DNA of 62,961 nucleotides, the filler included, from Conidiobolus incongruus B7586 (Eukaryota): NCBI GenBank assembly GCA_000697335.1. It is 18 parts of 18 records of this genome, joined end to end, with 100 filler letters (N's around TTAATTAATTAA, not from the genome) between each part and the next. Parts side by side here need not be neighbours in the genome. Positions count along the whole stretch, not along the records: positions 1 to 12,484 come from JNEM01003702.1; 17 more parts are not named here. The stretch is one strand, 5' to 3'. The number at the start of each line of letters is the position of its first letter. The first letter of the stretch is position 1. The notes under the pieces were generated by a model that was given only the letters and a program-made list of their open reading frames with translations, had not been told where the DNA came from and searched no databases. The translations under genes were made by a program, and so were the position numbers. Below, piece after piece: positions 1 to 12,583 of this stretch.

Positions 1-765
1 CTTTATTTAAAAGGAATTATAAAGAAGGTAAATTTAGTTTAATCTAACATTTTGATTTATATTTAAATAAAAGATTATATATATAGATTTAAGATTCATC
101 AATTATAATTATTTATTATTACAGCTTAAGTTTCTAATAGTATTTTAGTAAATTTTGTTTAACAATAGCTATTCTAACTTTTTTTTAAGTTTGGGTTAAA
201 TTATAAGATATTTATTTTTTATTTTTATTTATTAATTTGAGTTTAAATTTTAATATAAATAAAATAATTATAAAACTAATATCAAAATATTTAGATGATT
301 CTTTAAATAAAATAAAAAGGTGTTTTTTAATATATTTTTTCACTTTATTAATAATTAAAAAAATAATAGTTAAAGTTAATCTTTTAAATTTTAGCAGGTT
401 TTAGATAGTTTTTCTATTAATTTTAAAGTAGTTTACCTAACAATAAATAGTTAATTTAGATAATACTTTATTATCAAAAGATATTTATAAATTCTAAATA
501 ATTTTATAAGGTTATTGTTAAGTTTTACTAACACCAAAATAAAAAACTTTTGATGATTACTATTTGGTTTAAGTATAATTAAATTAAACAATCAATTTTA
601 AAAAGTTAATTTTTTAATCAGAAAAAATATAATATATATATATATGTAATTTAAAAATATATAATCTCTTATTTATTTTCTATATATCTGTTCATTTAAC
701 ACTAATAATATGTTTGAAAAATCAGAAATTAAAAAATTTTCCATTACTTCAAATTCAAGGTAATA
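1..765 (-). mobile_element. Mariner (D,D34D) family copy, 5' part with one TIR, hypermutated; truncated by window edge
   Basis: Colinear with the copy at 5386-6668. Ends in the TIR-like ttccattacttcaaattcaaggtaaTA (739-765). The minus strand reads as stop-riddled N-terminal mariner transposase sequence. Confidence 0.85.
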
Positions 766-1661
766 ATTATAAAATATTAATTTAATTTTATAATTTATAT
801 CAGAATTAATTAATAAATATTAATATTTACTATTAATAATTTATATACTTACTAATTTCAGTATTTATATGTGATAATCATTCTATATATTCAATTTTAT
901 TTTTTCAAACCAGCATAGTATTTTTATTATAAAATTTCATTATTATCTTAAAAAATTATATAATTTTTAGTAAGAGGTCATTTATATATGTTATTAATTC
1001 AAATTCAAGAATGTGATAAAGTGAATAAATCAATAATTAATAATTGACCCAACAATCAATTATAATTATAATATTCAACGGTTCAATTATTTGAATAATA
1101 TATCATTTTAAAATTATAGTGTATATTATAATGAGCTAAATGAGCAAATTTTTGATTTTAACTTATGCAAACAATTTAATATTCTATTATATATAAAATT
1201 AAATTTACCTGATTGGATTGTACTTGCTTCCAATATTATCACTCCAATTCACATATTAATCCGCCTATCGAAGCGTTCTAATATTTTATTTAACATTAGC
1301 TGTTCGCTTCAGATATACTAACTAATTTTTTACAATATTAGTTCACCAGAAGACAATTATTTGGAAAACTTTCAATTTTGTAATTCATTACATTGGAGTG
1401 ATCTTCTCAAAAATGTGAATTGTTGGATAAAAAAAAATATTCATCTTCAATCATTAATTTATCAACAGATTATATCAGATTTGTTTAATTATTATCAATT
1501 ATTTTATTTTCATTAAACGTATTGGATATTTTTTTAGTAAAATATAAATATAAATATAAACATAAAATATATTTAGTTCAATCTTTATTATAGATAAAAG
1601 AATATGTTAGGTGAAAATCGTAAATATTAAATTATAAATTATCTATATGATAATTATATTT

Positions 1662-2879
1662 TTAGCATGATGGGGAAAGAGTTTGCTTCAAATCAATCCA
1701 TCCTTCCCTGACACCAAGTAAGAAATCCCAATCGGGACTGGCCTCAGTTCTGAAGTTCCAGAAGAACCAGCCTGATCCACTAGTCTCATATACTGCCATT
1801 TGTTGCCTAGCAAATGACTTCAAGAATTCACGTTTTTCAGCATCATATTCGCCAATGTTATTATGAACTTGGCATTTGCATGTGGGGCAAGCGGGGGTGC
1901 TATCGGGAAGTGTGCCTTCGTAGCGAGATCCCTTGTTAAAACCATTGAGCCATCTGGCACAGTCAGTATTGGCAAGAGAGAATTCCCCAACGACAGTTCG
2001 TACAGATTTGTTGATTTCCCCAAGGTCAGCCCTTCTAGTACAAGGCCTGGCTAAGTGTTGAGCTAAAGTTTGCTTCTGATCATCATTGCTAAACACCTGA
2101 TAAATATGTGTGTCTAAAATAATATTGGTCATTCCACTGCTTGCCAAAAAACTCCACTCAGACAATGGTCTGAAGGCATCATGCAAAACAATAGTAATCG
2201 TTGGATGCTTCTCACGGATAGCGGCATAGGCGTCGGTATAGAACTTCCTCAAACGATTCAAATCTAGGCCCCAAAAGGCTGGTTCATTGACCAATTCAAT
2301 AGCAGTAACAGTTCCATGGAATTCAGGAGTATTAAAATAACTAGCAAGACGAGCTAGGGCTTCAACCACTCTTGAGATGTTTTCTTCACTTGAAAACCAT
2401 GTAATATCTCCACGACGTCCGCTATTGTCAAAGCCATTCTGAGAGCCTGGTACAGCATGTAAATCCAAAGTCACTTGGATTCCGTGATTTTTAGCCCATC
2501 TGGCGGCTTTAACAAGATAAGGGAAGGATCCATTGACGAAAGGCTCATTCTCTCTATAGCTAATGGCCCAATAGCCAAAGGGAATACGGACATTGTTAAT
2601 TCCTGCGCTTGCCAATTCGGCAATGTGAGATTCAGTAACCCAGCTATCCCAATGAGCCTTTAACTTTGTATAGGCAGTCTCTTTGCCTAAAACTTCGCAA
2701 AATGTGTATTCATCAACTGGTTCAGGATTTTGGCCAAGATATGGATCGAATAAACTGGGAGTAATCCAGGGCTCAAGAACCAACCACCCACCAAGATTAA
2801 CACCCCTAATCTTTTGAGCTACGACAGGGCCCATAGTAAGCATAGAAGCCAGGGATAATAGTGGAGAGAATAGCTTCAT
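1662..2879 (-). CDS. EXG1: Secreted exo-1,3-beta-glucanase, glycoside hydrolase family 5 (Exg1-like), 405 aa, intronless
   Basis: Hydrophobic N-terminal signal peptide. Motifs RGVNLGGWLVLEPWITPSLF, RIPFGYW, DLHAVPGSQNGFDNSG, acid/base NEP, DTHIYQVF, nucleophile GEFS and GWFFWNFRTE. Confidence 0.95.
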   Translation of the reverse strand: MKLFSPLLSLASMLTMGPVVAQKIRGVNLGGWLVLEPWITPSLFDPYLGQNPEPVDEYTFCEVLGKETAYTKLKAHWDSWVTESHIAELASAGINNVRIPFGYWAISYRENEPFVNGSFPYLVKAARWAKNHGIQVTLDLHAVPGSQNGFDNSGRRGDITWFSSEENISRVVEALARLASYFNTPEFHGTVTAIELVNEPAFWGLDLNRLRKFYTDAYAAIREKHPTITIVLHDAFRPLSEWSFLASSGMTNIILDTHIYQVFSNDDQKQTLAQHLARPCTRRADLGEINKSVRTVVGEFSLANTDCARWLNGFNKGSRYEGTLPDSTPACPTCKCQVHNNIGEYDAEKREFLKSFARQQMAVYETSGSGWFFWNFRTEASPDWDFLLGVREGWIDLKQTLSPSC

Positions 2880-5385
2880 GTTGCTGATAGGAAATAGGAA
2901 TATTAAATAATCAAACCACTCAACGAATATGAGAGTGAGATTTATAATAATTAAAATAAACGATCTAGTTGATGAGATTATGCCTAGTTATATATGATTT
3001 TTTCCAGTGAAAATTTGGATGGAATTAATTGATTAATTAAGCAACTCATAATGAGTGAGTGAAGATCAAATCAACAATTATGACCCAATTTATTTAAACA
3101 AACTTAGCCTTATAATGCTTGATTCAATACCTAGACAAGTAGCCTATTCAAAATAGACCGAATATTCTGTCAATTAAAATTTTAGTGTGTGGAGTAGAGG
3201 ATTATCCCCACATTTCAACCTGATTAGAATAATTATATAAAGTATTTTCACTCTCCTTACAACCATGTTCAACATGTAAATTCTCCAATTTATGCATGCT
3301 TTACTTTTTAATGAAATAATAAACCAAATAGATTTTTACTGGTTTAAACAATCTGACAAGGATTAAAAGGTATACTATTTATAGGTGTACGTGTACGTCA
3401 TTTAAATCATTAGAGATTGTTCATATTTCCAGGAACAAGGACATCCTTGTGACTTAAAAAATGGTATATGAGTGTATATAAAATAACCTTGGATCAATAT
3501 ATAGGATGAAGAGTATGTCTTTTTAATGTAAATAAAATGAATAAATAAATTATCATGTATTATTGATGAATGAATTTGATATTAGATTTCCATCTCTGTA
3601 TTAAAATTTCTTCAATGTGACATATTGCTAAAATCATACCATGTTATAATGTAAATATAGTATATTTATATTATACAGCCTAATACTGATTAAATTTAAG
3701 TTGGGAAAATATCATATTATATTAAATGAGTGCTTGTCGTTGACATGCTTAAATAATTATAACTTCAGCACATTTGATTCCTTAATATAATTTAAAGAAA
3801 ATATCATTATCAATCGATAAACTTGATTAGATTATTCTACATAAATGATAAATTATACGAAATTAAGATAAAAATGGGACTCAAAACATGTCATATAATT
3901 TTGTATACCCTATTTTGGAATTCAATTCAAATCAAATTATGCTTTTTAATAAATTCAGTAATTGAAATATATTTGAAATAATTGAAATTATTTATATTCT
4001 CATTTTCACATAATTGATTTTTTAATTAATTAGCTTCATCAAGCATATATTACTTTTAAGTATTCTTATATTTATTATAATTATTACTGAATTATTTCAT
4101 AAGGATTATGAAATGATTAATATTTTACTTGTTATTTGATATTACTAAATTCGGAATTTATTTGAAAATAAATTAGTCAGAAATGTTCTTTTTGAAATTC
4201 CTTGATTGGAAAATAATGTCGTTAATTTCACAGTTACTATATGCCTAAGACTTGAAGATACCACGTTATTGCTCTAATATAGAATTGATACCATATATTC
4301 AATACTGTAGCTTGCTGATATAAAATATTGGATCAATTTTTCATGTCAAGGGATTTATTTACATATTTTAATGAAATGAGGAAACGATAATTTAATCTAA
4401 TGTAAAATCGTGGATCTTTGGCATGAGATTAAATTAGTTGTATCATAATCATTCCATCTAATTACCAAATCTAACAGTTGCCACAGTTATTGATCAAGAA
4501 TTCCAATCTATAATATGTAATTATACATTAATCGATTAAAAGCTATTTGTCTCCATTGCAAATATTATCTATCTTCAAATGAATATATCCATAGTATATT
4601 TGTATCCTTCATAGTTATAGAATAGCTTTAAAGTATATTCAATTAATCATTTAAAACTAAAAAGGTTAAATTCAAAATCTCCTAATTAACATTTAGTTTA
4701 ATCAAATATTATCCTTACAAATATCCTAATTTTTTAATTAAGGCCAAAAAAATTAATATTTCAAAATTTGTTAATATAATTTTCTGGTTTCAAAAGTTTT
4801 AGCAATGAATTCACATCAAATTTAAATTAGTATTATCAATTAATAATTTCTATCGATTGCTTTGAAGTAAGGTATATATTCAATGATATTTTAAACTATA
4901 TCATCGGAATGATGTAATTTGACTTCAATATATATCAAGGTTTATAAATAATATTTATTTGAATTTTTTTATTCACAAACTTTGTAAAAACGAGTTTGAT
5001 TGATAATAGTAACAGCAAGTAATTATATACAAATTTTGATGAAATAATCTATTGTTATTAGTATTCTTTAATAGTTATTAAAATCTACTCTTATCCCAAT
5101 TTAGTCTATCATATTGAAATATTTCAATTTCCTAGTTATTGTTTTAAATCTCTAATTTATTAAATATTTAAAAAAATTGAGAAAGATGAAAAATAAAAAA
5201 TTGCCAGCATATTTTGAAGCAATTTGAGAATTTAAGTTAGAACTATATGATGTTTTTGATAGATTGATAGAAATAAAAATTAATAAAACTGGAGTAACAA
5301 ATTATTATAACCTGGATGCAAAATCATTAAAGGAAATTAACAATGAGGTATATTATTATTACAACAATTATGGTATTAAATAAAC

Positions 5386-6668
5386 TATTACTTTGTAATT
5401 TAAATGATAGGGATTTTTTGTGATTGAAAAAAATAAACATATTAATATATAAAAAGTAAAAGTAAATATATAATATAAAATTAATAATTTCTTTTATTTT
5501 TAATTACTTTTTGTTATACTTTTAACAAAGTTTTAATATTTAAAAAATAATTCTTTTTATTAAAGATTGAAATTTAATATTTTATAAACTAATTAAATTT
5601 TATAAAGTTTTTTTATAAACTAGTTTTTTAGTTGTTTAAAACAATTATAATTATATAAGTTATAGTTTAAAAAATATATTAGATATAGTAGTTTTTTCTA
5701 GTTATTTTTAATTAGAAAGTTTCTTACAATTTTAAATTTATGTATTTTATAATTATTATGTTAAATAATAGGTTTTCTTAAATTATATTGAAAATATCAA
5801 TTAGAAATAATTTTATTTAAAAAAAATATAAAGTTTATTATTAATTAATTTTTTTTAAAAACTAAATAAAAATAACATATGCTATTATAATTTATTATAA
5901 CAATTAATATTCATTTATCAATAAAGTATTTATTTAAAAAAATTTATAAAGGGGGTTGATTTAATTTAATTTAACACTTTAATTAATGTTTTAACAAAAA
6001 ATTATATAAAAAAATCTAAGATTTATTAATTATAATAATTTATTATAAAAGTTTTGGTTTCTAGTTATACCTTAGTAAGTTTTATTTAACAATAACTATT
6101 CTAACTTTTTTTTAAGTTTTAGTTAAATTATAAAGTATTTATTTTATATTTTTATTATAATTAATTTTAATTTAAACTTTAATATATATAATATAATTAT
6201 GTAACAAATATTAAAGTATTTTAATAATTTTTTAACTAAAATAAAAAAGTATTTTTTAATATAATTTTTTACTTTATTAATAATTGAAAAAATAATAGTT
6301 AAAATTAATCTTTTAAATTTTAATAAATTTTAAGTAGTTTTTCTTTTAACTTTAAAGTAATTTACCTAATAATAAATTAGTAATTTAAATAATATTTTAT
6401 TACTAAAAGTTACTTGTAAATTTTAAATAATTTAAAAGGTTTGTGGTTAAGTTTTACTAATATTAAAATAAAAGACTTTTAATAGTTACTATTTAGTTTA
6501 AGCATAATTAAATTAAATAACCAATTTTAAAAAATTATAATATATATATATAATTCAAAACTATTCTTTTTCTTATTTGTTTTGTATATATTTTTTAATT
6601 GAAATTAATAATATATTTGAAAAATCAGAAATTAAAAAATTTCCCATTTCTTTAATTCTATAGTAATA
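5386..6668 (-). mobile_element. Full-length mariner (D,D34D) copy, ~1279 bp plus TA target duplication, hypermutated and non-coding
   Basis: Left end TA|ttactttgtaatttaaatgataggga and right end ttcccatttctttaattctatagtaa|TA form imperfect ~28-bp TIRs. The length is typical of mariners and the interior is colinear with the other copies. Confidence 0.9.
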
Positions 6669-7230
6669 TCATAATTTATATTTAATAATTTAGCATTTTT
6701 GAAGTTGATATCTATAATTAATAATAAATATGAATAGAGCTTAAGATTGTGATTTTTATATCTGATTAAAACTAGTTAATATTTTGTTAAACAATATAAT
6801 CAATAAATATAATTAAAATACTATATCACATTTCTATATCTGCAATAATAGTAATTTTTTTATACTTTTATTTTAAACTAAAATGATATTCACAATTCCA
6901 AATTAAATATATATTAATTCCTAATCTGGCAAAAAGATCAATTCTTAATTATATTAAAAAATCAAAATTTTAATATATCATGAATTAAAAAAGATATACT
7001 CAATTCATTTAATAATCATTGAATCAAAACTAATTTGAATTTTTTATCCATTAAATTTAAAGATTTAATTGAGTTTGCAAAAATAATATGAAATCTTAGT
7101 GTGTTAATTAGATGAAGAGGTATAATTTGATTGAATGACAAAGTAATGTAATTTTAGATATATGAGAATAGATTAAAATATAAATAAAAAATGAAAGTAA
7201 AATTGATTCATATTCAGTAAATTTTAGATA

Positions 7231-10200
7231 TTAAGTTAAGTAATCGTCATTATAGAAAAGCTCATTATATGATGTTTTTTCAAATCCAACTAAAACATTA
7301 GGATTCCTATTAATCATATCGTGTACTTTTAAAGCTGAGGAATTGGTAATTAATGCAGAAGGTATTTTGATAATTTCGTTGACTTTTTTCAAATAAGCAA
7401 CTGCTGGGAAGTGATATTTATCCACATAGCTATGAAATATCACTCCAATCGCTCCGGCTAGTTGTAAATGATAAACTTTCTCTACAAATGTACAGTTTCC
7501 TCTGGGCACAATGACAAATTTTGATTGTAATTTAGCTGAAACTGATTCGGGGATTTTGGAGCATCCATTTAAATCCTTGGGTAAGATTATTAAACTTTTC
7601 ATAGGAAATGATTTAGTAGCAGGAGGACCAAAGTTAGATAATGCAGCTGGAATAGAAGAGATACTTTCATCAGCATCTCCAACTAATGGCTTGACACTCA
7701 TTGCTGCCCACTCATTTTCACTATCAGGAGGTACAACAGTAGGTTTCCTTTGAAACTGATCAGCAGCCAATTTTAATAGTTTGAAATTTTCAACAATTGA
7801 TCCGGTATAGTTATCACTAGTTTCATTTGATATAGACTCTAATTCATCAGATTTGACTGGCTCAGAAGCCTTTGGTTTTTTCAAAAATTTATCTGCGTAA
7901 GATACTGAAGCAGGGATAACTGATTTTGTCCTAGAATTGGGATTGGCAGGAATATCATACGTCTTTTGAAGTGATAAATATTGAGCATAGTAAAAATCAT
8001 CTCGATTCGTGATAGTAGAATAGACGAGTGGGTCTTTTTTAAAGGCTGGACAGGTGTTAGGCCAGGACAGTAGCATGGGAGATTGCTTAATCGTTGATGG
8101 ATTTTTGAACCTAGAAGGAAGGAGTAGAATGTGTCCCTCTAAAGTTACAATATCAGAAATTTTGAAAGAATAATACATATAAAATGTTACCTGTATTAAA
8201 AACAGCAGAGCTATCTAGGCGATTAAAAATATTGTCTATAAAATACTATTAGATATTGTACAATAATCAAATCAAATATATACTTGTATCAAACAAAAGA
8301 TAGAGATATTTTAATGTTTCACTTAGGAAAAATGACTCCATGCGATCATCAATACTCATCTTGAGTACATTTCTGATTGAACCATAGCCACATGGTAATC
8401 TAGTATTGTTCTGAAGATCAAATAGCATCATCTCTCCAACTTGAAGATAAAAAGGGTCTCTTGTTGCCTATATAATAGTTATGTAAAGTTCATATTTTAA
8501 AAAGAATGATATAACGCTACTTGATATAAATAATAATTAGATTCAAATAATTCCGGGCGAAGTGGATAGTATAAAATAGAGGGTTGACCAGTTGAAAGAT
8601 CGTAGCGCTCGGGAATTGCACCATATTTTTGCCATATATTATAATAAATTAAATGTGTTTTAATGGCGCCTTCAAGATCACCAGCAAGAGCCTAATTATG
8701 ACTGAAATTAAAGCAATAATGACATTTAGGGTCTAGTGAAATTACCTGCATTCCTGGTAAAAACGCTGATAGAGAATCAATCCAAGCATTATTTAAAACA
8801 AGTTGTTTTGAGTTCACATTCAAATACAAATGTCCTGATTTATCTCTTATAAGATTATAAAGTGAAGAGTAAGATTGATAAAACATATCCATATATTGAT
8901 TGTCATCGAATAAAATAGCAGTTTTCAAGAGATATTCAAAGAATGAATCAAGACCAGCTCCAACTCCAGTCATTGAATTTAGCCACTAAATTATAAATTA
9001 ATTAATTTTACTTGTAACATAATATAAGTGATTTACTTTGCCCTTTCTAAGATCAATTGTACAGCCAAATAAGCCATTTTCAAATTTCATCGACCAAACT
9101 TTCATTAAAGCTTTTTTTGCAGCTTTCTAATAATTTCAAAAATTCAAATAAAATGAAAATTACGAAATACTCAATTTTTACCTCGTATTTAGGATCATTT
9201 GTCAATCTACTAAGCGTACCGAATTCAAGCATTAGCGTGCCTACCCCAGCTAAACAAGTTTCAGATGTCTCTCTTTTAACTAAGCCATGTTTGAGATTAA
9301 TCTAATTGAAAGTTAATAGTGTTAAGTATATTCATTGAAATTCGGGTAGTTACTCTTGCAAATGGAATCCCAGTTGGAGATTTGTAAAATGCTGGCAAAA
9401 GTCTATCTCCTAGATCTTTGGCCAAGTTAAGAAGCTCATCTTTATACCAAGGCAGGAAAAATCCCAGTTTTTGATCGGTAGCTAGTAGATGAGCAGAAAG
9501 CTAAAACCTCTTGAATAAATGAATTTGAAAATTATTAACAAATATTTAATTACCAATCCTCCTAGCATTCTAATTGTAACTTCAAATACTTGAACTTTAC
9601 TGTTGACATTAAAATTTACGTCTTTGATGACAAGCTTTACAGCATTTTCAAATCCTTTATAATCATCCATAATCTTTGATAAATACTAAGTTAAAATTTC
9701 TAAATAAATCATGTTTATGTTTAATTTACAGCTAACGTATCTAAAGAATCTACTAGAGTCAAAGCATAATTGCCTCGAACATCATTTACTCCAACATTTT
9801 CACTATTTAAAATAAAATATCAAAATTAAATTCACAATAATATAAATATTGAAATTACAGATTTTCTTTTAATCTCTTTAATGGTTTACACGTCATTGGA
9901 GCGACCTAATATTAGAATAAAACTTAAAAAAATATTGTGATTAAAAAAATTATCATTACTTCATCAGCTGGATAGCCGTGTTTAAGATAACTGTTATAGC
10001 TATGGTAAAACATTTCCTAAAATTATCGATTTATTAAATATATTACATATAAAATAATAATAATGATTATATCCAAATCAAGTTATACAATATGAATAAT
10101 ATATAAATTTAAAAAAAAATACCTTGACTTCATCCCTAAATTCTTGAATTAATTTCACAAAATTAAAATTATATTTACCATTATTTCATACCTTAATAAC

Positions 10201-10283
10201 AATCTTCTCTCTTCGCTCATTCCTTGAACTGATATGATCCAAGTGACTAGGGGTATAATGAATATTCCCCATGATATAATCAT
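7231..10283 (-). CDS. EDEM/Htm1(Mnl1)-like GH47 alpha-1,2-mannosidase with C-terminal PA domain; multi-exon (roughly a dozen short introns)
   Basis: Spliced by eye: ATG at 10283, signal peptide [21 protein letters not shown], then [33 protein letters not shown]|, [79 protein letters not shown] and FNTE|GHIL. The last exon holds the PA motif [27 protein letters not shown]. First exons: 10283-10192, 10135-10123, 10016-9960, 9905-9859, 9802-9730. Confidence 0.9.
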
Positions 10284-11175
10284 GATAGAATATTAAATAT
10301 TTATATTATTAATGTTATTTATTTTTTTTATTAATATTAAATTTTAAATAAAATAATACTTTAATTAAAAAGATTAACTAATATTTATAAAATATAGTGA
10401 GGTCAATATAAATATGGGTTTATTAAATATAGGGAATAAAGCTAAGTTTTCATGAGTTGTAATAATTTGATTAGATAAATTTTGAATTGATTTAGAAAAA
10501 ACAATGATCAAATTGAAACATAATTAACTTTTTCCTTGATTTATAAAAATAAAACACATATTTATAATTTGCAATATATATTAATATTGTAGCTATATAT
10601 ATAGGCTGGAATATTAAACTGAATAATATATATTATACACAATAATATTAAGGTATAACTAAAATTTTTATACTAGATGAAATAATTATAATTCGATTAT
10701 ATTGATATTATTATTTTAATCTTAGTATAATTAATCAATATTTTTTAATTCCTACTTATTGTTTCATTATAAGATATTAAATATCATATATAAACAAATC
10801 TTTATCCATAACTAATCAAGTAATGCTATATATATATATATATATATTATAGATAATTTAGATTTAACAGTTTTCTTAGTTTTGTAATCATTTCTTAGAA
10901 TTCCAACCTGATTATAATTCAGGCTAAAATTGAATTAAAAAGTTCTTGCAAATAGGTTTTATAATATCATAATTATTTAATAAATATAATGCATTTAAAA
11001 TTTCATTTATTATAATTTAGAAATATATATATTAATCAATCTACTCAATTCATTCTATTTAATCAAATATCAAAATAAATTCCAAAAATATATTATTACT
11101 AACAGTTGTTAAAATTAATGCCTTTATCCCATACATTGATTTATATGATTTTAATTTTATAAGCACATATTTAAA

Positions 11176-11440
11176 ATAAATTGAACCAACACCTTAGCAA
11201 GTCCTTAAACTGCTAACACCACTCCATGCCCCATAATACCATTTACAATCCCCTCCCACTCTTGAGTATACTGTTATTACTTTATCCCTAATAACTCCCA
11301 ATACAAACAAAACCCTTAACTCTGGAACCGTACCTTTGGGTGGATCCCACAAGTTACGGATCAATATACTCTGCAAAATATCGCTTTTATTCGTCCTTAG
11401 GTCTAATAAAAATCTTCTTCATTCATAAATTGAACCAACA
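11176..11440. repeat. 233-bp GC-elevated insert flanked by an exact 16-bp direct repeat (ATAAATTGAACCAACA); candidate short retroposed element or structured RNA
   Basis: The repeat occurs at 11176-11191 and 11425-11440. The interior is much more GC-rich than its flanks, contains several stems, and has AATAAA at 11405 followed by TTCTTCATTC. Confidence 0.55.
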
Positions 11441-11465
11441 AGTTGAAAAAAATTAATTCATTAAA

Positions 11466-12005
11466 ATGTCTAATAAAGAGCTTCAAATATTCAATAACGA
11501 AATGTTAAATCTATACCTTTATTGTAATGGCAAAAAATATCCATCACCATTCAAGAACTCATCAATGATTATTGATCAACTCAAGAGCATTGAAAAAAAA
11601 CTTTTTCCAAAAGGAGAGCAGATGGATTTTACTAAAGAGCTCAAGTCAAATAATTCATTCCTAATCTATGGAACAAACAAGCTCAATCAAGAAGCTAAAG
11701 ATAAAATAAATCCAATCATAGCGTATTTAATCTATCAATATAATCCATATGATAGGATATATCGATTAATCAAAGTTGGAGTTGATTCTAAGAATCAAGG
11801 AAAAGGATTAGGAACTATATTAATGAATACAATGATCCAATTAATTCAGCTCAAAAACCCTTCATTTCAAATTCAATTACATGTTGATCCTAATAGAGAA
11901 AATGCAATTAAATTATATAAGAAATTCAATTTTACAATAGAAGAAACTATAGATAATTATTATGGAAACAGTAGATCAGCTCATTTAATGAATTATATCC
12001 AATAA
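11466..12005 (+). CDS. GNAT-family (RimI-like) N-acetyltransferase, 179 aa, intronless
   Basis: Acetyl-CoA-binding motif A VGVDSKNQGKGLGTILM. C-terminal LHVDPNRENAIKLYKKFNF...DNYY...AHLM is typical of RimI/NAT-like GNATs. Confidence 0.88.
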   Translation: MSNKELQIFNNEMLNLYLYCNGKKYPSPFKNSSMIIDQLKSIEKKLFPKGEQMDFTKELKSNNSFLIYGTNKLNQEAKDKINPIIAYLIYQYNPYDRIYRLIKVGVDSKNQGKGLGTILMNTMIQLIQLKNPSFQIQLHVDPNRENAIKLYKKFNFTIEETIDNYYGNSRSAHLMNYIQ

Positions 12006-12484
12006 ATTATTTTTAATATATTTCAATTATTTATGAATTATATCCTATTCTGATATTTTGAATTTGAAATTGATAAATATCTGAAATAATATTTTAAATA
12101 ATTCAATATATTATGAAATAATTTTTTATTTTGATATAATTAATAGTATTAAATAAATTTTCATATTACAGCTATTAGGTTTTAAAGTATGATATATAAT
12201 TATTGAAACTAGAATTTACTCAATTAATATTTTTAATGAAAATTTTATTGTAATTTTGATAAAAATGATAATAATAACAAAGATATTAATTTAAGGTTTA
12301 ATTTTCAATATTAATAATATATCAAAATCACAATCTATATATATTTTTAATAATAACTATATAATTTATTCAAACAATATAATATTTTTCTGCTTTTGAA
12401 TTTATGATATAAATATAATAGGAAGATATTAATTCTTTAAGCTTAATATATAATAAAATTTTATTTTTATATTTATTATTAATT

Positions 12485-12583
12485 NNNNNNNNNNNNNNNN
12501 NNNNNNNNNNNNNNNNNNNNNNNNNNNNTTAATTAATTAANNNNNNNNNNNNNNNNNNNNNNNNNNNNNNNNNNNNNNNNNNN
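12485..12583. other. Artificial scaffold gap spacer N-TTAATTAATTAA-N (first of 17; others start at 14357, 15693, 17781, 19077, 20244, 21876, 23076, 29134, 30506, 32597, 34436, 38470, 53924, 57155, 58475, 61055)
   Basis: An identical palindromic 12-mer with stops in all six frames sits at the centre of each ~100-nt N run. Confidence 0.97.

Noticed and set aside
1820..2663. Short ORFs 1820..2023, 1863..2054 and 2475..2663
   Set aside because: Alternative-frame or antisense shadows of the GH5 gene with no motifs.
7511..9670. ORFs 7511..7753 and 9057..9305 (+), and 8692..8973, 9482..9670 and the 8178 start (-), as separate genes
   Set aside because: The plus-strand ones are antisense shadows. 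The minus-strand ones are exons of the single EDEM-like gene running into introns; the 8178 ATG lies in an intron.
11194..11376. 60-aa minus-strand ORF; GATCCGTAACTT resemblance to LSU rRNA; CCCTAA/AACCCTTAAC as a telomerase template
   Set aside because: The ORF has a TTG start and no motif. The rRNA match is only ~12 nt with non-matching flanks. There is no 1.5-repeat telomere template.
12529..12540. Recurrent TTAATTAATTAA palindrome at 17 sites, superficially a dispersed repeat or array
   Set aside because: Always centred in ~100-nt N runs. It is a six-frame-stop assembly linker, not biology. Contig adjacency across these gaps is also uncertain.
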